Under the pieces are notes generated by a model, which saw only the letters and a list, made by a program, of their open reading frames with translations, had not been told where the DNA came from and did no database searches. Shown here piece by piece: positions 1-9,052 of a DNA stretch of 64,000 bases. Numbering within the stretch: position 1 is the first letter of the stretch; each line of letters starts with the position of its first letter. Source of the DNA: a virus; the IMG/VR virus record IMGVR_UViG_3300044632_000653; one strand, given 5' to 3'. Made by a program: the position numbers and the translations under genes.

Positions 1-288
1 TCCTCTGTTATTCTCCAATCATCACCCGATCATCACCCATCACCGCCATGGATCCCTCCTCCAAGCATCTCCCATCTTCCCTCCCGTCTTCCCTCCCTCT
101 TTCCCAAAGAAAATCGAAGACCCCCCCTCCCCCCACGGGGGTGGGTTCATCCGTTTACCTCCCCTACCCTCAAAAATTTTCTTGCCGTGACGAGCGTTTT
201 TACAGGTTGAACTCCAACTTTCCCGATGTCACTCCCGATGGCACTCTCAACGGAGACAGAGAATCTAAATAAGAAAGGAAACCCCTCG

Positions 289-759
289 GTGAAGAATCCC
301 CTGACCGTCCTGATGTCCCTGCGATACCACGCCACTCGGAAGAAGCCGTTGGTCTACTCCTTCGTCCCCGAGTACTCCGATGCCATGCGTCCTCTCACCT
401 ACACGGTGGCGAGGGAGCCCATGGAGGTCGAGACCGTCCTCCCCGATGGCAAGGAGACCAAGAACAGGGCGGCTGTCGGCGACATCGTCATGTGCGGGAT
501 CAGCCGTGAGAAGTATGTCATCCGCAGGGAGAAGTTCCCCTCGCTCTACACGGGCACGGTCGGCGAGAGGGTCACGGTGGCGCAGCAGTCCCGTGAGGTC
601 GCACGGTACACGGGGAAGGACACCCTCCACTTCAAGGCTCCTTGGGGTGAGGACATGGTCGTGAAGACGGGCGACTATGTCGTGAAGGATGGCGGGGGCG
701 GCGGTCACTACAGGATCGCCAAGTCGGAGTTTGAGCGGACATACGAGCCGATCCCGTGA
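289..759 (+). CDS. PGDYG-like protein (two repeated beta modules)
   Basis: Two similar halves (AVGDIVMCGISREKYVI / PWGEDMVVKTGDYVV...YRIAKSEFERTY); GTG at 289 follows TAAATA (266-271) and AAGGA. Confidence 0.55.
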   Translation: MKNPLTVLMSLRYHATRKKPLVYSFVPEYSDAMRPLTYTVAREPMEVETVLPDGKETKNRAAVGDIVMCGISREKYVIRREKFPSLYTGTVGERVTVAQQSREVARYTGKDTLHFKAPWGEDMVVKTGDYVVKDGGGGGHYRIAKSEFERTYEPIP

Positions 760-780
760 GAACCCGTGGAACGGACGGGC

Positions 781-1310
781 ATAGATAAGGTATCGAAAGG
801 AACTCCAATGACCAACGAGAATCAAATCACCACCGCCACCATGCGGAACCTTGTCGAGGCTGCGAACGGGATCAACGAGGTCCACGGCGGCATCCTCCCC
901 TCCAAGCCCAATCTTGAAACACGCTTCAAGGCTGCGATTGCTCATAGGAAAACCCTTGAGGATCTCGAAGCGAAGATGGAGTTGTCCATGCGGCGACTGA
1001 AGGAGGAGATGATCAAACTTGAGAAGGCGAACAATTCCCTTCTCGTCCCTGTTTTGGACACACTTCGCAACAACGAAATTCTACCGAAGTCCATTTCCGT
1101 AGAGGCGCAGAGGCGAATCAAGGAGTGTCAGGCTGCTTGCAACGAAGTTCGCCTCGCTAGCGAGATGGTGGGTACCCATTTGTCCTCCATGAGCAATACT
1201 TGGAAGAAGTTGAACTGACGGGTATAGATAAGGTATCGAAAGGAACTCCAATGACCAACGAGAATCAAATCACCACCGCCACCATGCGGAACCTTGTCGA
1301 GGCTGCGAAC
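781..1310 (+). repeat. 87-bp exact direct repeat (781-867 and 1224-1310): late promoter + RBS + 20-codon leader
   Basis: atagataaggtatcgaaaggaactccaATGaccaacgag...gctgcgaac is identical in both copies. Confidence 0.95.
808..1218 (+). CDS. Coiled-coil protein with type-B leader MTNENQITTATMRNLVEAAN (putative internal head protein)
   Basis: ATG after AAGGA RBS and TAGATA promoter; leader shared with the next gene. Confidence 0.65.
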   Translation: MTNENQITTATMRNLVEAANGINEVHGGILPSKPNLETRFKAAIAHRKTLEDLEAKMELSMRRLKEEMIKLEKANNSLLVPVLDTLRNNEILPKSISVEAQRRIKECQAACNEVRLASEMVGTHLSSMSNTWKKLN

Positions 1311-1736
1311 ATGATCGGCAACGGGATCGACGAAGACATGACCGAGGGACTTCGGACGGTAGCGAAGTTCTACACCATGCCACTCGGTTTGCAGGTCGAG
1401 TTCAGGTTCGACCCGTCCAAGCCCAAGGAGGTGATATCGGTATCGGGTGGAACGAGCCGCAAGGTGCCGACCGAGTTGGTATTGGGATGGATTGCCTCCT
1501 ACAAGCACATCGATGACATGACGAGGACTGAACTCAACGGGGACAAGAGCCACTACGCTGTTCCCGACATGGACCACGGTCACTCGCCCGAGTTCGTCAT
1601 CGGTCCTTACTGGAGCAAGTTGTTCCTCAACAGACAGGGAAAGACTTCGATAAAGCACACCTTCCCCGATGTGTATGTCTATCCCCATTGGCTGAAGCGG
1701 ATCAGGGAACTGCTGACGGTCAAAAGACTTCCATGA
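1251..1736 (+). CDS. Hypothetical protein with identical type-B leader (putative internal head protein)
   Basis: Same promoter/RBS/leader cassette, unrelated cargo. Confidence 0.65.
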   Translation: MTNENQITTATMRNLVEAANMIGNGIDEDMTEGLRTVAKFYTMPLGLQVEFRFDPSKPKEVISVSGGTSRKVPTELVLGWIASYKHIDDMTRTELNGDKSHYAVPDMDHGHSPEFVIGPYWSKLFLNRQGKTSIKHTFPDVYVYPHWLKRIRELLTVKRLP

Positions 1737-2173
1737 AGACCTTCGTCTCCTACATCTCCGAGAACGCCCCCGAGGGGGCACCGAAGCCCGAGCGCAAGAT
1801 CGGCAAGGTCAAGTATTGGATGAACTTGACGGACAAGCAGGACGGCGAGGAGCCTTTTCGGGAGGTCGAGTACACCCGCAAGGTGAAGTCCGACACCGTG
1901 CCGAACGCCCATTGGTACTTCCTTGGTGACACCCCGATGTCGGGGATGACTAGGGGAGAGAGGCGTTACAGGGCGGCGGTCGTTTTGCTCATCGACACCC
2001 ATGGAATCTTCCTTGCTACGGTGAAGGAGGATGCCAAGATATCCAAGGGCAACTACGGCAGGTGGCAGTCGGGGGACTTTTGGACGGACAACTTCACCGC
2101 CGCCAAGCGGCATGCCGAGGACCTCGCCCTTCGCCGACTACAGCGAGAACAGCAACCGAAGCCAAAGGCATGA
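1733..2173 (+). CDS. Putative internal head protein, leader MKTFVSYISE
   Basis: 10-aa leader resembling the T4 IP capsid-targeting sequence MKTYQEFIAE; ATGA overlap with upstream stop. Confidence 0.7.
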   Translation: MKTFVSYISENAPEGAPKPERKIGKVKYWMNLTDKQDGEEPFREVEYTRKVKSDTVPNAHWYFLGDTPMSGMTRGERRYRAAVVLLIDTHGIFLATVKEDAKISKGNYGRWQSGDFWTDNFTAAKRHAEDLALRRLQREQQPKPKA

Positions 2174-2553
2174 AGACCTTCGTCTCCTACATCTCCGAGG
2201 CTGCGAAGCCTAGTCGTACCGTGCCCTACCGTTGGAGTGCGACGGATACGCAGCATGCCATGAACTACACTCGGACGATGCCGTCATCCGTTCCGAACGC
2301 CAAGTGGTATGTGGTCGATGGATCATACGACAAGGAGAAGAAGGACTACCGCCTCCTCCGTGACGGGGTGGTAATCGCTCATATCAGGTATCACCCGAGC
2401 GAAGGCGTGTGGCGATGGGAAACCATCCACAGCGCACCTAGAGGTGGATTGGGGATGGGTAGGCACGACAAGGGGAAGTATGTGTCTAGTAAGCCCCTCG
2501 CCCTTTCATTAGCGGAGAAGCAGATCATCGAAAGGGAGAGGACCGCAGGATGA
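2170..2553 (+). CDS. Putative internal head protein, leader MKTFVSYISE, partial paralog of previous gene
   Basis: First 30 nt identical to the gene at 1733; shared YTR...VPNAxWY motif. Confidence 0.7.
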   Translation: MKTFVSYISEAAKPSRTVPYRWSATDTQHAMNYTRTMPSSVPNAKWYVVDGSYDKEKKDYRLLRDGVVIAHIRYHPSEGVWRWETIHSAPRGGLGMGRHDKGKYVSSKPLALSLAEKQIIERERTAG

Positions 2554-2942
2554 AGGACTTCCACGGATTCATCTCCGAGGCTCCCGTCTCGTACACCGCA
2601 GTCATGCTCGACCAACGGAGCCATGACCTTCTCATGTCGAGGATGCGTCCTCACATGCCCGAGGGATGGAAGGTGTACGCCCACCACATGACGATGCACA
2701 TGGGAGCGGCGAAGCCCGAGGACAGGGTCGGGCAGTCCGTGACCATCGTCGCAGACGCATGGGCGGCTGACGAGCGCACGGTCGCCGTGAGGGTCACGGG
2801 TCACCCGAGCAGGAACAGGACCCCGCATGTGACCGTGGCTGTCAATGCCGCTGCGGGTGCGAAGCCCAAGGACAGCAACCTCCACACGGAATGGAAGCCG
2901 ATGCCTCCGCTGAGGCTGACGGGCACCGTGGGAGAGGCTTGA
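2550..2942 (+). CDS. 2H phosphoesterase with capsid-targeting-like leader MKDFHGFISE
   Basis: Two HxT motifs (HMT, HVT) about 47 aa apart. Confidence 0.75.
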   Translation: MKDFHGFISEAPVSYTAVMLDQRSHDLLMSRMRPHMPEGWKVYAHHMTMHMGAAKPEDRVGQSVTIVADAWAADERTVAVRVTGHPSRNRTPHVTVAVNAAAGAKPKDSNLHTEWKPMPPLRLTGTVGEA

Positions 2943-3013
2943 AGCGCAAACCCCACAGGCTCCTCCTCTTATGTGCCTTCCTCTAAGTAGGGCAAAGCAC
3001 CTTTGGAGGAAGC

Positions 3014-4345
3014 ATGCACAGGATCATCTCGTCCTTCTGCGCCATGGCTCTCGTAGCCTTCGCAGCCGTCACGACCGCCGCAGCGCAGGTGGTCGTGCCC
3101 CCGAGCATCGTCACGCAGCCCGATGGAACCCTGCGGTTGGTCCCCGTGCCACCCGCAACGGTGTACACCCCGTATGTGATCGACCCGAGCATCAAGTACA
3201 GGCTCGTCATGGAGTCGGGTTGGTCGAACGCCGATTGGCAGGGCAAGACCCGCAACGGTCAGGTCGCCTTGAAGGACCGTGAGATCACGGTTGACCTGAT
3301 GGCGATGCCGCTGACGAGGACCGCCGTGATCGACGGCAAGACCGTGACCCTCTTCAGCGTCTTCCGCTCGGCGGATGTCTGCATCGGTTGGGACAACACG
3401 AAGTTGGAACTCCTCCCGCTCGGTCCCCAAGGGACGGCGTTCGACGCATCCGTCTTCAACGGGTCGAAGTCGAGGTTGGACCGCATCTCCCCCGCAGAGG
3501 GCGAGGGCTCCGCTCAGGGTGTCGCAGTCCTCCATGCCGAGGTCCTGCCCCCGCCGCAGGAGAGGACCCCCGCACTCCGACCCGACTACTACAGGTGGAA
3601 CATGGGAGGATTCCTGTGGCAGGGCGGCTACCGACTCGTAGCCAAGTTGCGGTTCCGAGTGCGGGATGACTTCTACTACCCTGTGCAGTCGAGGACCGAC
3701 ATACGGATCCTCCCCACCGTCTCCCATGGCGGTGTCGAGTACGCCACCAAGATCGACGGGAGCCCGACCAAGGGGACGAATGTCCTCGGCGAGACGAGGA
3801 GCAGCGTGAACGGCATCCTCTTCGGTGTCGGTCCCGAGTACAAGGTCACCCACTCGCTCGTCGCTCCCGCCGTCAAGGCGAAGGTCGGCGACATCGTTCC
3901 CGTGAAGGTACTCGTATCCTCCGAGACCAAGCCGCAGCGGCTGCACTCGGTCGCCACCAACTTCGCATGGGATCCGTCCAAGTTGGAGTTCATGGGCATC
4001 TCCACCACGGGATCGCTCTCGTTCCAACAGAACAACCTTCCCTTCGTGGGGGCGGGGAACATCAACGAGGCGACCGTGCCCAAGGACGGGACGGCTGCGC
4101 ACAATTGGCTGTGCCGCCTCGGGACGAGGACCGTGGTCACGGGCGGCGGTCTCGTCGCCACGCTGAACTTCAAGGTCGTGTCGGAGTTCGACACGGCGGC
4201 GGTCGAGATCCTCGGCAAGGACGATCCCCGACTCGTCGGCGTGTTCGTGTTGGACGAGTCGGGCATCCTCGGCAGCGACATCCCAGGCGTCTTCGTCACG
4301 GGAACGAAGGTCAATGCCGTCGTGAAGGGTCCTCTCTCGCCGTGA
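3014..4345 (+). CDS. Secreted protein with two cohesin-like beta-sandwich domains
   Basis: Sec signal peptide ending AAA-Q; repeated pattern ITVDL..ADVCIGWDNTKLELL..VAKLRFRV / VGDIVPVKVLV..NFAWDPSKLEF..VATLNFKV. Confidence 0.6.
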   Translation: MHRIISSFCAMALVAFAAVTTAAAQVVVPPSIVTQPDGTLRLVPVPPATVYTPYVIDPSIKYRLVMESGWSNADWQGKTRNGQVALKDREITVDLMAMPLTRTAVIDGKTVTLFSVFRSADVCIGWDNTKLELLPLGPQGTAFDASVFNGSKSRLDRISPAEGEGSAQGVAVLHAEVLPPPQERTPALRPDYYRWNMGGFLWQGGYRLVAKLRFRVRDDFYYPVQSRTDIRILPTVSHGGVEYATKIDGSPTKGTNVLGETRSSVNGILFGVGPEYKVTHSLVAPAVKAKVGDIVPVKVLVSSETKPQRLHSVATNFAWDPSKLEFMGISTTGSLSFQQNNLPFVGAGNINEATVPKDGTAAHNWLCRLGTRTVVTGGGLVATLNFKVVSEFDTAAVEILGKDDPRLVGVFVLDESGILGSDIPGVFVTGTKVNAVVKGPLSP

Positions 4346-4386
4346 TCCATGGGTGATCGATGGTTTCACGGGGATACATACTTCCC

Positions 4387-4698
4387 GTGAGGTCGTTCAA
4401 GTCATACATCTCCGAGGGACCGTACTCGTTCAAGGACTTCAAGGATCCTTGGGCTGTCATGTCGCCCGAGGACCGCAAGGAAGCGAACCGCCTGTTCAAG
4501 GCGGCGATGAAGGCGTTCCCTTCCTCCATGCGGCAGAAGGAACTGCAAGCCAAGTTGTTCGCCCTCCTCGACAAGTATGGGATAGGGAAGACAAAGGTTG
4601 CCGAGGATTGGTCGAAAGAGTACAAGGCTTCGATCAACTGCAACAACCCCAAGGGCTTCTCGCAACGGGCGCATTGCCAAGGCAGGAAAAAGGGATGA
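4387..4698 (+). CDS. Putative internal head protein (MRSFKSYISE) with C-terminal WSKxYKxSINCNNPKGFSQRAHC module
   Basis: GTG 6 nt after TACATA; CTS-like leader; VAE site before the basic Cys module. Confidence 0.65.
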   Translation: MRSFKSYISEGPYSFKDFKDPWAVMSPEDRKEANRLFKAAMKAFPSSMRQKELQAKLFALLDKYGIGKTKVAEDWSKEYKASINCNNPKGFSQRAHCQGRKKG

Positions 4699-5999
4699 AG
4701 TCATATCACGAACTCGTAATGTTCCTTGAGAACAGCGGTGTGATGAGGTTCACCGAGCGTGGACTCTCGTCCTATCTCAGTTCGGCAGAGCGCATGGTCA
4801 AGGATGCTCAGGCGAGGAGCGGAGACTTCGCACGGATGCAGGACGCACAGATCGCAGCAGTCCTCGGGCATCTCATATCCCATATCACCCGAATCGTGAA
4901 CACCGTTCCGAAGGACACGGATCCGAAGGCAGTCGGCATCGCACGGAAACTCCTCTCGCTCGGCGGCAAGGCTGCGAGCGTCAAGAAGGCATTCGATGAC
5001 CTCAGCCGCAGCGGTGCGGCGATTGCTGCGAGGATGACCTCCGAACTGCAAGGCAAGTACGACATGCGGTTTGAGTCATATGATGGAGCGCATCCCTACG
5101 AGATTGAGCGTGATCGGATCACCAAGGAAACAGTAGCCGCAGCAAAGGCAAGGGGATCGTCAAGGACGCAGGGAGAGAAACTTGCCAAGATAGAGATAGA
5201 ACGATGGAAGAAGGCAGAAGGCAAACACTTGTATTCCGACTTCACGAACCGACAATTTCGTGCAGCAACGGATCAGGAGAAACGAAACGAAGAGCGTGAA
5301 GCGCAAGCAAAGCAAGAAATCTCCCGAATGTTCTCTGATGCTGACAGGCTACTTGTAGCCGCAGGGTTCAAGTTGGAGCGTGGTCCTCAAGGCGGAAGCC
5401 AGTCACGCTATTACACCGATGGTAAAATCAAGGTCCGTATTTCGGACCACGAAGTTCCCATGACTGCGGAGCGTCAACACAACAGGACGGTCAGCGGCAG
5501 GAATCCATGGTTTGAATTCATATTTGGTGAACGAGATAGAGCAGGTGTCCTACGAGTGAATCCGAAGGAGTTGCAGCACTTGCGTGATTGGATTGGTGAT
5601 CTGAAGGAAATGCGATCCGAATCCCACGACCCCAAGCACATTGACGAGACTGCCTACGGAGTGTTCTCCAACTACCTCGGTTCCTCCATGATGTCGTTCG
5701 TGCAGACGAAACAGCATGAGTTGGATCGCAGGACCGACAAACTCACGAAGGCTCTCGCCCGTGTGCATGCACAAGGGGCTGCGGGAGTCCAAAGGGACCT
5801 CGGCTTGCCATTCGCACAGGTCAGCCTCGACGGGGTGGAGTTCCGTCCGCACAGGGGTGGCGTGAGGAAACTCCTCGTCCGATTCAACCCGAACGGGACC
5901 CTCGGGATCAACGCCGATGGGAAGACGGTGGCGAACTCCGCAGCCCTGCGTGACATCGGTCCCCTCATGGCGAAGATCGTCGGCGGCGGATTCGCATAA
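4695..5999 (+). CDS. Multi-module putative internal head polyprotein (MKSYHELVMFLE)
   Basis: CTS-like leader; segments separated by RFES / RSES..IDE; middle segment more AT-rich. Confidence 0.6.
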   Translation: MKSYHELVMFLENSGVMRFTERGLSSYLSSAERMVKDAQARSGDFARMQDAQIAAVLGHLISHITRIVNTVPKDTDPKAVGIARKLLSLGGKAASVKKAFDDLSRSGAAIAARMTSELQGKYDMRFESYDGAHPYEIERDRITKETVAAAKARGSSRTQGEKLAKIEIERWKKAEGKHLYSDFTNRQFRAATDQEKRNEEREAQAKQEISRMFSDADRLLVAAGFKLERGPQGGSQSRYYTDGKIKVRISDHEVPMTAERQHNRTVSGRNPWFEFIFGERDRAGVLRVNPKELQHLRDWIGDLKEMRSESHDPKHIDETAYGVFSNYLGSSMMSFVQTKQHELDRRTDKLTKALARVHAQGAAGVQRDLGLPFAQVSLDGVEFRPHRGGVRKLLVRFNPNGTLGINADGKTVANSAALRDIGPLMAKIVGGGFA

Positions 6000-6075
6000 G
6001 ATCACCGCATAAACGCAGAAACTGAAGACGAACCCCCTTGATGGTTATCGGTAATGAGTGGTAACCTCACAGACC

Positions 6076-6756
6076 ATGAACAAGACTTTCATGCGTAACC
6101 TTGCCGAGAACATCGCCCTCAACTCTCTTCGCCACGGCGGTCTCCTGCCGAAGCATCAGGTCATCGTGGACCGTCAGGACTCGGACCCATCCACGGTCCT
6201 CGGCAAATGGGACGGGAAGATTCCGTTCGGTCCACCTGCACCAAACGCAAGTGTGGAGACCGTCATGGAACTCAACCACATCGTTGAAGGTCAGACACTC
6301 GCATCGAAGGAAGAGATCGAATTCAGTCTCTCTATCGACAAGCCGAGGAACCACTACGAATGGTGGAGCAGGGAGGTCGAGTCCCTCACGGGCAGGAGGC
6401 ACTCACCCGACAGGCTCTACATGATCGCCGACATGGCTGAGGGATTCCTCCTGCGGCTGAAGGCGCACTTCGACCGACCGAGACCGTATCAACTCGGTCC
6501 CCACCTCGGGAAGCGCATCCACATGTTCCTGCCCGACCCGAGGACACCTTCGTATCCATCGGGTCACTCGTTCGACGCATACCTGATCGCACTCACACTC
6601 AGCGACGAGCATCCCGAGCATCACGAACGCCTCTTTGAACTCGCCGACACAGTCGGGGTTACGAGGATCATCGGGGGAGTCCACTACTCCTCCGACATCA
6701 CGGCGGGTCGCAACGCCGCCATCATCGCACACCGCATCATCAAGGGAATGAAATGA
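6076..6756 (+). CDS. PAP2 / acid phosphatase family protein
   Basis: Motifs K(AHFD)RPRP, PSYPSGH, R..GGVHYSSD. Confidence 0.85.
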   Translation: MNKTFMRNLAENIALNSLRHGGLLPKHQVIVDRQDSDPSTVLGKWDGKIPFGPPAPNASVETVMELNHIVEGQTLASKEEIEFSLSIDKPRNHYEWWSREVESLTGRRHSPDRLYMIADMAEGFLLRLKAHFDRPRPYQLGPHLGKRIHMFLPDPRTPSYPSGHSFDAYLIALTLSDEHPEHHERLFELADTVGVTRIIGGVHYSSDITAGRNAAIIAHRIIKGMK

Positions 6757-7064
6757 CAACCCCGAGCCCGAGGGACACCTTCGATGTGGACGATCCGTTC
6801 GCAGAGAACTTCTCGTTTGAGGTGACCGACAATCCCGAGGAGATCGTTCGCACCGTCGAGGGGAAGATGGAGACGCAGCGTGACGCTGCGATCAGGATCC
6901 ATGCGGAGAGCATGGCGCAGGTCGAGAAACTCATACTCCCCCTGCTCAACAACCTGATGAAGAACCCCGACAAGGCGTACATCAAGTGGGAGAATAGGGT
7001 CCCCGCAATCAAGACGCAGATCTCCAAGATCACGGCGATCACCCGCAAGCCGCTCGACTGCTGA
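6753..7064 (+). CDS. Conserved T4-like phage hypothetical protein
   Basis: ILPLLNNLMKNPDKAYIKWENR motif; ATGA coupling. Confidence 0.6.
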   Translation: MTTPSPRDTFDVDDPFAENFSFEVTDNPEEIVRTVEGKMETQRDAAIRIHAESMAQVEKLILPLLNNLMKNPDKAYIKWENRVPAIKTQISKITAITRKPLDC

Positions 7065-7065
7065 A

Positions 7066-7100
7066 ATAAGAAGACCCCCCGTGCGCAACGAGGGGTCTTC
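7066..7100 (-). terminator. Intrinsic terminator hairpin (U-tract on minus strand)
   Basis: aagacccc..ggggtctt stem preceded by aaataag. Confidence 0.55.
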
Positions 7101-7182
7101 CGATTATAGCCCCGCTAGTTCGGGGACTTTATGGCGAGTTTTACTTCGCCTCACGATGCCTTCTAGTTGGCACGGTGCGGTC

Positions 7183-7217
7183 GCCTGTCCGTGGGTACCC
7201 GTGGACGGGCTCTTTTC
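7183..7217 (+). terminator. Intrinsic terminator
   Basis: gcctgtccgtgg-gtac-ccgtggacgggc stem (G.U pairs favour + strand) followed by tctttt. Confidence 0.6.
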
Positions 7218-7288
7218 CCTTGCATGTATGTATGGAGGTCGAGAGGTGGGGATGCTCTAAATACTCCACACATACGAAAGGGAAATCC

Positions 7289-7555
7289 ATGTACATCGAC
7301 CGCAGGACATTGAGGCAGTTGGTTGAGTCGGCGAACGGCATCGGCGACACATCCACACGACAGATCACCGAGGGCTATGAGAAGAAGATCATCTCTTACC
7401 TTGAGGATGGGGGCTTCAAGAAGGGCGACGCATGGTTCGACATGGGAACCCTTTATGTGAGCAGCAAGGGCTTGGTCGAAAAGGCGAAGACCATCCTCAA
7501 GAAGAAGAGGGACATTTTTGAGTTGCCGAAGATCGTCGTGGACAAGACCTCGTAA
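7289..7555 (+). CDS. Small protein with type-B leader (MYIDRRTLRQLVESANGIG..ITE)
   Basis: TAAATA at 7258-7263, RBS; leader similar to 808, 1251 and 21928. Confidence 0.65.
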   Translation: MYIDRRTLRQLVESANGIGDTSTRQITEGYEKKIISYLEDGGFKKGDAWFDMGTLYVSSKGLVEKAKTILKKKRDIFELPKIVVDKTS

Positions 7556-7567
7556 GGATCCGACACC

Positions 7568-7885
7568 ATGAAGAACTACCGTGAGTTCATCACCGAGACC
7601 TTCGATTCCTTCAAGGTGTTCAAGCACAAGGCGAACGCCAACGAGGAGGATTCCGAGTACGGCATCAGGGCTCTGATCCGATACACCCATGTTCTTCCCT
7701 CGGGTGAGAAGACGGTCATCACCTCTCTCTTTCCTCCGATCCAACTGAGGACAACGGACAACAAATACCAGTTCAATCGCCATCTCAACGCAATGGTTGC
7801 GAGTCTCAAGGCTGAAGGCAGGGAGATCCTCGGCATCCACATGAGAGGTGATCCACTCTACGACAGGCTTATGAAAAGGGGGTAA
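7568..7885 (+). CDS. Putative internal head protein, leader MKNYREFITE
   Basis: Close match to T4 IPII/IPIII leader MKTYQEFIAE. Confidence 0.7.
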   Translation: MKNYREFITETFDSFKVFKHKANANEEDSEYGIRALIRYTHVLPSGEKTVITSLFPPIQLRTTDNKYQFNRHLNAMVASLKAEGREILGIHMRGDPLYDRLMKRG

Positions 7886-7888
7886 GAC

Positions 7889-8959
7889 ATGGCAGTACTC
7901 AAGCACTACAACCCGATCACGCACGACATCTACCACTACCCGTTCCCTGCGAATCAGACGAGCGGAGGGGTCACGCCTGATGGCTACAGCAGCGAGTCTC
8001 AGACCTACGGCATCGTGGATTGGTCGGGCACCCGTTGCCTCGACCGCTACCTCTGTAGGGCGATTGGTAACAGCCCCTTCCTCACGATTCCCTACGACAT
8101 CACAAGCGTGAACTTTTGGAACCAATGCACCTATGCAGCGGTGCTGATCAGTCCACGCCATGCCCTCGTCTGTCAGCACTTCCGTGGAGCGCACAGCGAC
8201 CCGAACATCAACACGGGAGGAATCAGGTTCTTTGGCAAGGGGGGCAGCATGTACGAGAACAGGGTGACCCGTGTGTACCTTGATGTCGGACCCGACCTGA
8301 CGCTGCTTGAGTTCCTTCAGCCGTTCCCCGATGCGGATCTCAAGATCTACAACAGGATCGCAGACCCGCTCTACATCCCCTCAGGGACTCCCCTGTGGAC
8401 CAAGGACAGCAACGGCAAGGTATACAAGACGGTGTTCGACAAGGCGAACTACAACCCCAACACAGATGACACCTACGGCTACTCGTTCCGTCCGTCCCTC
8501 GACGGTGTGAACGACGGCGCATATCAGAACGGTACCCTCGCCATCTTCGTCGGCGACTCTGGTTCGCCCGTGATGGTCCGTGACTCATACGGCGAAACCG
8601 TATTCGTAGGACTTCAGTACGGCGGTCAGTCGATCAACCGTGCCACCTTCAGCCGCTTGGTGTCGATCCTTGCTCCCTTCAACTACTCCTTGGAGCATGT
8701 GAAACTCTCCGCTAAGAAGGAAGACATCAATCAGGATGGCAAGGTTGATGCGGAGGACCTTGCCCGTGTCCTCGCTAGTTGGGGTCAGACGAAGGATCCG
8801 TTCTCGGACATGGACGGAGACGGCAAGGTCGATGGCATCGACATCAGTCTCCTGATGAATGCGTGGGGCTCGTACACGATTCCTACTAGCGCACAGTCCA
8901 CGATTCAGCCGCCGATCATCCCTCCTCCCACGGAAACGAACACGAAGCCTCGCTCCTGA
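7889..8959 (+). CDS. Trypsin-like serine protease with C-terminal dockerin-like (EF-hand pair) domain
   Basis: AVLISPRHALVCQH (His), PDLTL (Asp), GDSGSP (Ser); tandem DINQDGKVDAEDLARVLASWG / DMDGDGKVDGIDISLLMNAWG at about 8720-8870. Confidence 0.8.
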   Translation: MAVLKHYNPITHDIYHYPFPANQTSGGVTPDGYSSESQTYGIVDWSGTRCLDRYLCRAIGNSPFLTIPYDITSVNFWNQCTYAAVLISPRHALVCQHFRGAHSDPNINTGGIRFFGKGGSMYENRVTRVYLDVGPDLTLLEFLQPFPDADLKIYNRIADPLYIPSGTPLWTKDSNGKVYKTVFDKANYNPNTDDTYGYSFRPSLDGVNDGAYQNGTLAIFVGDSGSPVMVRDSYGETVFVGLQYGGQSINRATFSRLVSILAPFNYSLEHVKLSAKKEDINQDGKVDAEDLARVLASWGQTKDPFSDMDGDGKVDGIDISLLMNAWGSYTIPTSAQSTIQPPIIPPPTETNTKPRS

Positions 8960-9016
8960 ATGGACTTGCTTGCGGTGAATGGACCACCGATTCACCGCAA
9001 ACTTGCGGCGAACCCC

Positions 9017-9045
9017 TTGCGTGTCGGGGTTTGATATCGTATCCT
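9017..9045 (+). promoter_or_regulatory. Putative sigma70-type early promoter
   Basis: TTGCGT-17 nt-TATCCT, ATG 7 nt downstream. Confidence 0.4.
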
Positions 9046-9052
9046 TTCCGAA

